This document shows, piece by piece, positions 53,584 to 61,457 of a stretch of 61,457 bases of DNA (its first letter is position 1; each line of letters starts with the position of its first letter). The DNA is taken from positions 81,913 through 143,369 of the forward strand of contig CAVGUB010000111.1 of assembly GCA_963632375.1 (NCBI GenBank), read 5' to 3'. The DNA is from Phocaeicola dorei. Its GTDB lineage: Bacteria > Bacillota_I > Bacilli_A > RFN20 > CAG-826. Below the pieces are notes generated by a model. That model did not search any database and was not told the origin of the DNA. It saw only the letters and a list, made by a program, of their open reading frames with translations. The position numbers and the translations under genes are program-made.

Positions 53584-54978
53584 ATGGATAAATTTCTTGA
53601 AGCAATCAGTACAAAAAATACTTATACTGATAACGGAGCTTTAACTAACAGTACTTCTTTAAATAAGTGCTTAGACTTTTTTTCAATAGCAGGTAATCAT
53701 ATTGAGAATATAGAATCTTTTGAAGCAGCTTATGGAGAAGATCCACAACTTGCTTTAAGAATTTTATTTTGGAGTAGAGATTGTAGAGGTGGTGCTGGTG
53801 CTCGTAAAAACTTTATTGCTGTAATGAAGAAACTTCAAGTTGAAAAACCTGATGTTTTTTCTAAAGTCTTTAAGTTTATACCTGAATTTGGCTATTGGAA
53901 AGATATTTACAATCTAAAGCCCACACAAGAAGTTGTTAGTTTTGTTGCTAAAACATTAAAGAATGATACAGATCATTCTTTATGTGCTAAATACTGTCCT
54001 CGTAAAGGAGAATGGTTTTATCATCTTCGTGTTCGTTTTAAAATGTCTTTAGCTCAATTTAGACATTTTATTGTTAAGAAAACTCAAGTAGTTGAAAACC
54101 AAATATGCAAGAAAGAATGGAATGAAATAGAATATTCTTCTGTTCCTTCTGTGGCAAATCTTCGTTACAAAGAAATATTTACAAAATATGATTTTAAACG
54201 TTATAGGGAGTATATTAAATCTGTTCTTAAAGGAGAAAATAAGATTAATTCCTCTGTTTTGTTTCCAAATCAAATATTTCATAATTGGGACATTGGTTTA
54301 AGAAAGGATGGGGATACTGCTAAAGCCTTGTGGGATAATCTTCCTAATTATATGGAAGGTTGTACAGAAAGAATTCTTCCTGTATGTGATGTGTCAGGTT
54401 CTATGTGTGGTACTCCATTAGAAGTTTCTATTGCTTTGGGTTGTTATATTTCAGAACGTAATGAAGGACCTTTTAAAGATGCTTTTATAACGTTTAGTGG
54501 AAAACCTCAAATTAATATCTTAACTGGTGATATTATATCACGTTTCTCGCAGTTATCTAATGCAGATTGGGGATATAATACAAATCTTCAAGCTGTATTT
54601 GATTTGATTTTAAAACGAGCATTGGAAAACAATCTTTCTAATGACGATATGCCATCTAAGATATTGATCATAAGTGATATGCAATTTGACAAAGCCTTGA
54701 AAAATAGAGAAAGATTTGGAAATCCCGAAATCACTAATTATGAGGCAATTAAAGATGCATATGCTTCGTATGGTTATAACCTTCCTGGTATAATCTTTTG
54801 GAATGTTAATGGAGATGCTGGTAAAGTTCCTGTTACAATGAAAGACTTTAACACTGCCCTTGTGTCAGGATATTCTCCTAGTATTCTAACATCCATTCTT
54901 AAAGGTAAAGTATTAACTCCAATAGACGTTATGCTAAATACCGTAAATAGTGAACGATATAAAAACATAAAATTATAA
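53584..54978 (+). CDS. DUF2828-like protein with C-terminal vWA (MIDAS DxSxS) domain
   Basis: N-terminus ...YTDNGALTNSTSLNKCLDFF...LALRILFWSRDCRGGAGARKNF and VCDVSGSMCG fit the DUF2828/vWA architecture as I recall it. Confidence 0.6.
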   Translation: MDKFLEAISTKNTYTDNGALTNSTSLNKCLDFFSIAGNHIENIESFEAAYGEDPQLALRILFWSRDCRGGAGARKNFIAVMKKLQVEKPDVFSKVFKFIPEFGYWKDIYNLKPTQEVVSFVAKTLKNDTDHSLCAKYCPRKGEWFYHLRVRFKMSLAQFRHFIVKKTQVVENQICKKEWNEIEYSSVPSVANLRYKEIFTKYDFKRYREYIKSVLKGENKINSSVLFPNQIFHNWDIGLRKDGDTAKALWDNLPNYMEGCTERILPVCDVSGSMCGTPLEVSIALGCYISERNEGPFKDAFITFSGKPQINILTGDIISRFSQLSNADWGYNTNLQAVFDLILKRALENNLSNDDMPSKILIISDMQFDKALKNRERFGNPEITNYEAIKDAYASYGYNLPGIIFWNVNGDAGKVPVTMKDFNTALVSGYSPSILTSILKGKVLTPIDVMLNTVNSERYKNIKL

Positions 54979-55052
54979 AAATGGTATAAAAATTGAAGTA
55001 TATATAAAAATATAGAATGCCAGAATGATGAAATGGAAGCCATGAGGGACTT

Positions 55053-56035
55053 TTGCGGTAGACATAAAGATTTTTTGTCTTTGTGTTTGCCATATTCTAA
55101 ATTATTTTGTATATTTGTACGATCTTTTAACAATTAAATTTTATTAAAATGAAAAATAAGTACACAAAAGAAGATTTAGAAAATGTAGCAAAACAATGTT
55201 TGTCGTGACGACAAATGCTTTTACATTATGGATTAAGAGAGACTGGAGGAAATTATACAGCTATGCATAATAGATGTAAAAAATATGAGATAGATACTTC
55301 TCATTTTACTGGTCAGGGTTGAAATAAAGAAGGACATGAGAATTTTGCTGGTAATATAGATTTGCAAAAAAGATTCTCTATTCATAAGAAAAAACAACCT
55401 TCTTCTAAAACTAAAGAAGTTTTATTAATGCATAATTTAAAAGAAAATAAGTGTGAAATTTGTGGATGTACAGAATGACAAGGAAAACCAATTATTCTTC
55501 AATTACATCATAAAAATGGTAATCCATTTGATGATAGATTGGAGAATCTTCAAATTCTTTGTCCTAATTGTCACTCACAAACGGATACTTATTGTAAAAG
55601 ACATAAAATACGAAAATCTATAAATTTGAGTGCACTGAAGGAAACTTCGGATGTAGAACTACCCTAATTCGGTGAAAATCCTAAATCCTAATCAAGGTCG
55701 TAATGAAAACACGACGTTAAATAAACTAGGAAGTTGGATTGGACAACGCCGAGCTAAATTGAATATTAAAGAAGAGACACACGGAAGGCCCGTCAATTAG
55801 TATTCATAAATGTGTAGAGCACATAGAGGTAGAACCTAAGTTAGAAATTATGAGTATCCCCAGACTCGGTGACAGGATTATATCCTCAGGGACCAATAAG
55901 GGTGTAAGGAGAAAGTAACTTGCAAGATTTCTAATACGGTTAAGACATGTGCCGGACTACAACAACTTGAATGCGAAATTTTACAGCACCATTTAAGACT
56001 GGTTCAAGTTGGCTATGGTAACATAGAGTAGTAGG
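55053..56035 (+). mobile_element. Putative group I intron in tRNA-Leu(UAA) carrying an HNH ORF
   Basis: 983 nt sit between anticodon positions 34 and 35. It ends in G and has a CTATG-GTAA-CATAG hairpin (GNRA tetraloop, 56013-56026) 9 nt from its 3' end. About 370 nt of ORF-free sequence follow the ORF. Confidence 0.55.
55149..55667 (+). CDS. HNH homing endonuclease (172 aa)
   Basis: ...YEIDTSHFTGQG-W-NKEGH... and LQLHHKNGNPFDDRLENLQILCPNCHSQTD (HNH). Three in-frame TGA at 55206, 55320 and 55476. TAA at 55665-55667. Confidence 0.85.
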
Positions 56036-56091
56036 AAAATCCCTTGGGCAGCAATGCCCGTGTGGGTTCGAATCCCACTTCTGGTACTTAT

Positions 56092-56162
56092 TGAGATGTA
56101 GTATAATGGTAATACAAAAGATTTTGGTTCTTTTATTCAAGGTTCGAATCCTTGCATCTCAA
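56092..56162 (+). tRNA. tRNA-Gln (anticodon TTG)
   Basis: Acceptor TGAGATG/CATCTCA. D arm GTAT-AATGGTA-ATAC. Anticodon arm AAAGA-TTTTGGT-TCTTT. T arm CAAGG-TTCGAAT-CCTTG. Confidence 0.85.
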
Positions 56163-56196
56163 CGAGTTTTATACTCATGGTATTTTTATTTGACAA

Positions 56197-56231
56197 ATGG
56201 AGTATGCTGTGAAGTATACTCCATTTTTTTT
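56197..56231 (+). terminator. Intrinsic terminator after the tRNA cluster
   Basis: ATGGAGTAT gctgtgaagt ATACTCCAT followed by T8. Confidence 0.65.
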
Positions 56232-56446
56232 AATTTTATTAAAATTATATAAAATGGAATTTACTTTATCAAATATTAAATTTTGGTTATCATCTAATAT
56301 TAAAGATTATCTCATTTTAAGATATTCTCAAAATGATGTTTAACCTGATATCGAAATTAATGATATGTTCAATAATTTATTAAAAGCTTTGAACATTAAG
56401 AATACTGATATAAATCAAGAACTTATATTTAAAAATTTTAAATAAA

Positions 56447-56779
56447 ATGGATAATTCAGAACTTAAATCATTGATGTATGAATATGTAGTTGATTTGTTA
56501 AGCTATGAAGATTATCACAATTTCGGAAGTCCTGAGAAATTTCATAAATGGGTTGATGAAAATTATGAGCCAATAAAAAAGTCAAATCTTATCAAAGGAC
56601 AGATTTATGATGGAATTTGTAGAAATGCCTCAAGAGCAACTTGGGATGGTGAAAAGTTTCATTATGAAAGAACAAAATTTAGAAGAACTTATGATGAAGT
56701 AATAAATCATTATGAAGATGACGATGGTTATGGTTATGATGTTTTTGTCCCCATAAAAAGAATTAACGATTGTGATTAA
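56447..56779 (+). CDS. Hypothetical protein (110 aa)
   Basis: Intact ORF. Confidence 0.55.
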   Translation: MDNSELKSLMYEYVVDLLSYEDYHNFGSPEKFHKWVDENYEPIKKSNLIKGQIYDGICRNASRATWDGEKFHYERTKFRRTYDEVINHYEDDDGYGYDVFVPIKRINDCD

Positions 56780-56893
56780 GTTATATTTCATATCTTTACG
56801 GCAACAGAAATTGACGTATAGCCGAAATGAATTATAATAATTAAATTTTATAAAAAGTTTAAAGTAACATTTACGTTTAAAAAATAATGAGCA

Positions 56894-57268
56894 ATGAGAC
56901 AAGAACCATTTGAAAGAGACCATCCAATAGCAGCAAAGATATACGAGGAATACAAGAAGGATTTAACATTGGAACCCGATCATATCAGACATATGCTTGC
57001 TGACCTTGAAATAGAGTGTGATACCCAGTTTCACGGAGAATCATCTGTAAAGATTAAAGAACTTGAGAAAAAGGTTAAGGAACTTGAAGCACTAAATGAT
57101 TATCAGCAGAAACCGGAATCTGAATATACTGCGACATGGCTTGCTGCGAAATTAAATGCAATTGGATATAAGGGCAAACTAACAAGGGAAACACCCTTCT
57201 TTAATAGTGCAGTGTCAGACTCTAAACGAGTAGGATTATACATTGAAACACTTAATATTGGGGAATAA
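56894..57268 (+). CDS. Hypothetical protein (124 aa)
   Basis: Intact ORF. Confidence 0.55.
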   Translation: MRQEPFERDHPIAAKIYEEYKKDLTLEPDHIRHMLADLEIECDTQFHGESSVKIKELEKKVKELEALNDYQQKPESEYTATWLAAKLNAIGYKGKLTRETPFFNSAVSDSKRVGLYIETLNIGE

Positions 57269-57279
57269 CATTATAAGTT

Positions 57280-57690
57280 ATGAACACAAATGATTTAATG
57301 CTTAATGATTGGATTCTTCATATAGATGAAAAGGAGCCTGGCCAAGTTTATGAAATACGTGACGATTTTATTGAGATAGATATTGATTTATCTCAAGAAG
57401 GTCAAGAAGGTCAAGAATGTTGGATTGACGGAGACCCCGATGATTTTGAAGGAATACCATTGACAGAAGAGATGTTGAAATTAAATGGATGGGATAAGTA
57501 TCCATTTCAAAACTATTTGTCTAACAAGAAAGTAATAGAGTTTTGTTTGCATAATGCCGGCATTGGGTTTTATTGTTCTAATGAAAACGGAGAAAATGAT
57601 ATTGTAAATATTCACTATGTCCATGAACTTCAGCACTTGTTACGAATTTTTGGATATGGCGATTTAGCAAATGATTTTAAGATTAAATAA
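57280..57690 (+). CDS. Hypothetical protein (136 aa)
   Basis: Intact ORF. Confidence 0.55.
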   Translation: MNTNDLMLNDWILHIDEKEPGQVYEIRDDFIEIDIDLSQEGQEGQECWIDGDPDDFEGIPLTEEMLKLNGWDKYPFQNYLSNKKVIEFCLHNAGIGFYCSNENGENDIVNIHYVHELQHLLRIFGYGDLANDFKIK

Positions 57691-57840
57691 TTATGTTAAA
57701 CATTGCAGAAATTTTGAAAGATTGTCCTAAAGGGACAAAACTTTATTCACCAGCATTTGGAACAGTAGCGTTAGACAAGGTAGAGGATAATAATTGGATT
57801 TCTATATAATGGGAAATAGTAAAACAAACGAAGAGTAGTT

Positions 57841-58119
57841 ATGAGGACAGTAATACAGTGTACACTATGTCGCAGTGGCTCTATTAACATTCTCCGTAAA
57901 CTGGAGAAGGAAGTTATGGAAGATGGAAGCGAACGCGGTTATTCAACCATTTTAATTCCAAGTGCAGAGGCTCCAGTATATGTAGTAGCTCAGTACAATG
58001 ATTGCGATAAGATGGTAGATACATTTAGCAACAGAGATGAAGGTGAGATAGTCATTAGTAAGGAAGAGTGGGAGGAACGAGTGAATGAATTTATTGAATC
58101 AGTCAGAAAATTACTATAG
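57841..58119 (+). CDS. Hypothetical protein (92 aa)
   Basis: Intact ORF, TAG stop. Confidence 0.5.
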   Translation: MRTVIQCTLCRSGSINILRKLEKEVMEDGSERGYSTILIPSAEAPVYVVAQYNDCDKMVDTFSNRDEGEIVISKEEWEERVNEFIESVRKLL

Positions 58120-58185
58120 TAAGTAGTCCTGTCCATATCGCAATTCCTTACAACGATGACACAAAACATCTCGTAGGTACAACAG

Positions 58186-58380
58186 ATGATTGTCCGGAAT
58201 ATTATAAATGATGAGAAGATTATGGAGAATAAATATACTCTTGAGGAAGTACTCTCTATCCTTGATGCTATGTTTATGGATTATTCTGACATATCGGTTG
58301 ATGATTGGTTCAGAGATAACCCAAGATTGTTTCAAGGGCGAGAGGAATTTATTGAAAGAATGAAATCAAAATATGAATAA
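58186..58380 (+). CDS. Hypothetical protein (64 aa)
   Basis: Intact ORF. The minus-strand ORF 58114..58335 overlapping it looks spurious. Confidence 0.45.
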   Translation: MIVRNIINDEKIMENKYTLEEVLSILDAMFMDYSDISVDDWFRDNPRLFQGREEFIERMKSKYE

Positions 58381-58383
58381 AAT

Positions 58384-58989
58384 ATGAAATATGTATTTTT
58401 TATTTGTTTAGGATTACTTTGTATACTGATTGCAGGGTACATTTTAGTCTCATTCTATAGATTGGGACGTATCCTTTTCTTTAGACACAAGCATAAAAAT
58501 CTATCTTGGGCTGCTGCTGATATTGGCAATTTAGACCATGATATATTTGTACCAGGAGGCCTTAGTGTTATTGAAGAAGGCTCTATGAGTGGTTGGGACG
58601 CAACAGTAGGCCCAAGTCCTGCAGGATGGCCAATTGCTACAACTATGACTTGGAATTATAGATTGTACAAATCGGTAATGTACTACTATTTTCAGGTAGA
58701 TTACCATGAAAGAGTTCTATTTTGGACTTTTGATTATCCTTATGCGGTTTGTAAAATTCCCAAAAGATATGTTGGCAATATAGATACCGATAGAGAGGTG
58801 AGAATGGATACTCTTTGGGATATTACATATCAACTATTGCATGGACGATATGAATTGGAGAAATATTTTCCGAAACCTAAATGTGAGCATATCAACGGCC
58901 ATTCTGTAAAACTTGAAGGCGTATATGAATGTACATTTAAAGATTACCTTGTGATATGTAATACAGAAGATAGTGGTGATAATTGGTAA
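58384..58989 (+). CDS. Membrane-anchored hypothetical protein (201 aa)
   Basis: N-terminal hydrophobic helix. Seven Trp, all encoded TGG. Confidence 0.55.
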   Translation: MKYVFFICLGLLCILIAGYILVSFYRLGRILFFRHKHKNLSWAAADIGNLDHDIFVPGGLSVIEEGSMSGWDATVGPSPAGWPIATTMTWNYRLYKSVMYYYFQVDYHERVLFWTFDYPYAVCKIPKRYVGNIDTDREVRMDTLWDITYQLLHGRYELEKYFPKPKCEHINGHSVKLEGVYECTFKDYLVICNTEDSGDNW

Positions 58990-59115
58990 AATAATATTAA
59001 GTTTAGAACTTATATTACTCTTAGCTTCATGTTCTCCCGTTGAAAATACAAGAGTTATAATAGTTACACCTAATCAATTAGATTCACTTGTAAATAATTT
59101 AAAAATAGAATAATT

Positions 59116-59727
59116 ATGGGTTATTCAACAACTTTTAGATTAAAAGGTGAAATTGATGAACGATTTCAACCAAATAAATATAGGGTTCCAAATGTATCCA
59201 AATCTATGTCAATTTTAACTGCAATTTGTTTACATAAATTTGTTATTGAGACTAAAACATTTTGTTTTTATACAACATTTGAACAAATTTATGAAAATTT
59301 AAGATTTGCGTTACATGAACTTATTTGTGATGTTGAACAAGTTGTTAAACAAAATTTTGTTTTAGATAAAAATAAAGAAATTTATTTTTACGGTTGGCAA
59401 TATTCAGATGAATCTTCACGTTTAGGATTTGATACACTTGAAGAATTTGAAAAATGTATTCTTGATCAATTGTTTCAAATAGTTGCTTGTCCTACTTCTA
59501 CAAGATTTGATAAAAATCATGAAGATTTTAACGAAAAAGAAGACCAAATATCAGATATTCTCAATGATATCGAATATGAAGTTAAAGAAATTGTAACATT
59601 TAATTTTGTACAATATTATCGTGAGCATCCAGAACTTGCAGATGAAGATGACGGCATAAAACATTTCTTCCCTAAAAAAGAAACTGAAAAACAATCTGAA
59701 GAAAAAACAGATGGGACAAACAAATAA
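59116..59727 (+). CDS. Hypothetical protein (203 aa)
   Basis: Intact ORF. Confidence 0.55.
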   Translation: MGYSTTFRLKGEIDERFQPNKYRVPNVSKSMSILTAICLHKFVIETKTFCFYTTFEQIYENLRFALHELICDVEQVVKQNFVLDKNKEIYFYGWQYSDESSRLGFDTLEEFEKCILDQLFQIVACPTSTRFDKNHEDFNEKEDQISDILNDIEYEVKEIVTFNFVQYYREHPELADEDDGIKHFFPKKETEKQSEEKTDGTNK

Positions 59728-60193
59728 TATCATATTTCTTGATATTGATGGGGTTTTGAATTACACAAAGTGGTATCAAGGTCTTATTCATTATAAGTAT
59801 CTTGATGAGGAAGATCTTGATCCAATTTGTGTAGAACGTGTTAAAATCATTTGTGAAATTTGTGATGCTAAAATTGTTATATCATCTGATTGGAGATTGG
59901 ATTGGGATGTCACTTTGAAACGATTGTCTAAATTTGGTTTAGATAATAATTTTATTATTGATAAAACACCATTTTTAAATTTTTTAGAAGTTAAAAACAT
60001 TAATCGAGGTAAAGAAATAGACGAATGGTTAAAAAACAATAAATGTGATAATTATCTAATTTTAGATGATATGCGAGGTATTCAGAAAAACTTTACTAAA
60101 GAGCAAATAAAGCATTTAGTTTGGATAGATCCATTTTATGGATTGACAAATAAACACGTTAAACAATCATTAAATATCTTTAATATCTTGTAA
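59711..60193 (+). CDS. HAD-like hydrolase
   Basis: The N-terminal IIFLDIDGVLN motif and later ISSDWR / LILDD segments fit a HAD-fold phosphatase. Confidence 0.5.
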   Translation: MGQTNNIIFLDIDGVLNYTKWYQGLIHYKYLDEEDLDPICVERVKIICEICDAKIVISSDWRLDWDVTLKRLSKFGLDNNFIIDKTPFLNFLEVKNINRGKEIDEWLKNNKCDNYLILDDMRGIQKNFTKEQIKHLVWIDPFYGLTNKHVKQSLNIFNIL

Positions 60194-60194
60194 T

Positions 60195-60701
60195 ATGAAA
60201 AAAATCTTTTTAGCATTTTTTGTTGTTTTGTTTTGTTCTTGTACACCACATCATTTTGATTTTAAAGGTGTTGAACTTGATGGGACAATTCAACAATTCA
60301 CAAGAAATGCTATTAAATATGGATGGGAGCCTACAGGATATGTAGATTCACTTCCTGTGTTTAAGACAACATTATTTGGTGAAAAAGTAATTGTTACTCC
60401 ATTGTTATATGCAGATGAATTTGTCTATGGTGTTGCCATTACTAACGGCAAAATCTATAATGATTTTTTGCCAAGTCAGTTGCATAAAGAAATGGTTAAT
60501 AAGTTCAGTGGAACAGGTGTCATACCTCAATACGAGGAAGGCTATGATTTTCATAAAACAACTTTTACTTTTAAGAAAGGTAGAATAGTTATATATACTT
60601 GTTCTCCAACACCAACAACTTTTGGAGCATCTAATTTTGTTTATTATATTGATAATCAAAATTATGACAATATGGAATATTATCAGAAAAATGATATGTA
60701 A
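60195..60701 (+). CDS. Lipoprotein
   Basis: MKKIFLAFFVVLFCSCTPHH is a signal peptide followed by a lipobox-like Cys. Confidence 0.6.
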   Translation: MKKIFLAFFVVLFCSCTPHHFDFKGVELDGTIQQFTRNAIKYGWEPTGYVDSLPVFKTTLFGEKVIVTPLLYADEFVYGVAITNGKIYNDFLPSQLHKEMVNKFSGTGVIPQYEEGYDFHKTTFTFKKGRIVIYTCSPTPTTFGASNFVYYIDNQNYDNMEYYQKNDM

Positions 60702-60703
60702 TT

Positions 60704-61168
60704 ATGGGGACTAATGTTTATTGGATTAAGCCTATTACAGAGCTTGAGAAAGACGAATTGAAAAAAGTAGTTGATTCTGTTGACAATTATGAGGATCTTG
60801 TCGAAAAGATGGATGATGTACTTAAGTATCAGTATACCTATCTATTAGGTGACTCAACTCATAAGGTCCATATCGGCAAACGGAGTTCCGGGTGGAAGTT
60901 CTTGTTTTCCCTGGGACTGCGGAATCATCTCGACATCGACCATGATTTCAAGGAGAACCTGAGGAAATTCCTGGAAACGGGATTTATCGAGGACGAATAC
61001 GGTGAAAGATATGATTTTGACAAGTTCTGGCAGGAGTTCGTCGTAGATTTCCAAAATGGCATCGATTCAGAGGAATATAACAGAAAAAACCCTAATCAGA
61101 TGTATCCGGCAACTGATACATATCATTGTGGGTACAGGTTTACAAGTAGGGAAGTAGATTTTTCTTAA
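60704..61168 (+). CDS. Hypothetical protein (154 aa)
   Basis: Intact ORF, locally higher G+C. Confidence 0.55.
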   Translation: MGTNVYWIKPITELEKDELKKVVDSVDNYEDLVEKMDDVLKYQYTYLLGDSTHKVHIGKRSSGWKFLFSLGLRNHLDIDHDFKENLRKFLETGFIEDEYGERYDFDKFWQEFVVDFQNGIDSEEYNRKNPNQMYPATDTYHCGYRFTSREVDFS

Positions 61169-61182
61169 CTTAATAAGTATTT

Positions 61183-61401
61183 TTGAAAATGAATTGGATA
61201 ACTGAATTCTCAACAGCAGTTGATTGTTTAAAAAATCTTTCAATTACGAAAAAAGAAATTTTAGAAAGATTACAAAAAATTGACGAAGAAATTAGAATAA
61301 AACAAAATAATTTCGTAAATTTAAATAATGAAAAGGTTATCTCTTCTTTAGAAGAATTATATTTTTCTAAAGCTGTATTAGAAACAATACTTAACAAGTA
61401 G
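61183..61401 (+). CDS. Hypothetical coiled-coil protein (72 aa)
   Basis: Intact ORF, TAG stop. The minus-strand ORF 61170..61448 overlaps it and the following tRNA and looks spurious. Confidence 0.5.
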   Translation: MKMNWITEFSTAVDCLKNLSITKKEILERLQKIDEEIRIKQNNFVNLNNEKVISSLEELYFSKAVLETILNK

Positions 61402-61407
61402 ACGAAT

Positions 61408-61457
61408 TGAGGTATGGTGTAATGGCAGCACAAGTGATTTTGGTTCACTTAGTCTAC
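61408..61457 (+). tRNA. tRNA-Gln (anticodon TTG), 3' end cut by the window edge
   Basis: Acceptor TGAGGTA. D arm GTGT-AATGGCA-GCAC. Anticodon arm AGTGA-TTTTGGT-TCACT. The T arm lies beyond the window. Confidence 0.7.

Larger units (their letters stand above)
55019..56086 (+). tRNA. tRNA-Leu (anticodon TAA), class II, interrupted in the anticodon loop
   Basis: 5' half 55019-55052 is GCCAGAA...AGGGA-CTT. 3' half 56036-56086 is AAAA-TCCCT, a long variable arm GGGCA-GCAA-TGCCC, T arm GTGGG-TTCGAAT-CCCAC and acceptor TTCTGGT. Joined, the loop is CTTAAAA. Confidence 0.7.

Noticed and set aside
55940-56140. 66-aa minus-strand ORF, and similarly 61170..61448
   Set aside because: They lie across tRNA genes or intron structure (55940..56140), or across a better plus-strand ORF and a tRNA (61170..61448).
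1-61457. TAG reassignment (TAG=Gln) or TGA=Gly (code 25) instead of TGA=Trp
   Set aside because: TAG cleanly terminates several joined genes (terminase at 25803, M15 peptidase at 34736, 28767, 7747). TGA falls at positions where families have conserved Trp (HNH GQG-W-N, C.W.F of DUF2158-like, GLIQ-W), not Gly.
1-61457. Host itself using genetic code 4 (Mollicutes-type), making the TGA usage trivial
   Set aside because: If the host read UGA as Trp there would be no reason for about 18 kb of early genes to avoid TGA completely while using TGG. BACON-like repeats and lipoprotein signals also do not suggest a Mollicute host. This cannot be excluded without a host assignment.

Overview
AT-rich (about 30% G+C by spot counts) dsDNA phage segment built as two divergent arms. 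Arm 1 (1-43,549, almost all minus strand) holds virion, packaging and lysis genes. It includes a split major-capsid-like gene, a scaffold-like protein, a long run of fibre / BACON-like / CotH-like receptor-binding proteins, portal, large terminase, a RecB-like nuclease, a GroES-like protein and several peptidoglycan hydrolases. Under the standard code this arm is shattered into fragments. Reading TGA as Trp restores full-length genes, and no confident gene in the window ends in TGA (only TAA or TAG). Arm 2 (43,827-61,457, plus strand) is an early/auxiliary module: ClpP, methylglyoxal synthase, a DUF2828/vWA protein, a HAD-like hydrolase, a lipoprotein, many small ORFs and tRNA-Leu(UAG), tRNA-Leu(UAA) and two tRNA-Gln(UUG). 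Its ORFs contain no in-frame TGA, so they read the same under either code. This fits a code switch that gates late genes. No UGA-reading tRNA is present in the window. Two selfish insertions look like group I introns. A ~1.2 kb element with a GIY-YIG endonuclease splits the capsid gene, and a ~1 kb element with an HNH endonuclease (itself TGA-recoded) splits the anticodon loop of tRNA-Leu(UAA). At the junction of the arms lies a 4-kb G+C-rich island (about 43.6-47.6 kb) that is roughly one-third non-coding. It carries repeated hairpin modules whose stems differ between copies by compensatory changes, a tRNA-like minihelix and a tandemly duplicated structured RNA candidate. Other notable items are two 21-bp-period iteron arrays beside winged-helix genes, a G7 tract where two ORFs of one protein change frame, and a tRNA-like gene with a 3-nt anticodon loop. 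All function calls rest on my reading of the translated sequence. No database search was run, and coordinates of joined (TGA=Trp) genes were derived by hand.
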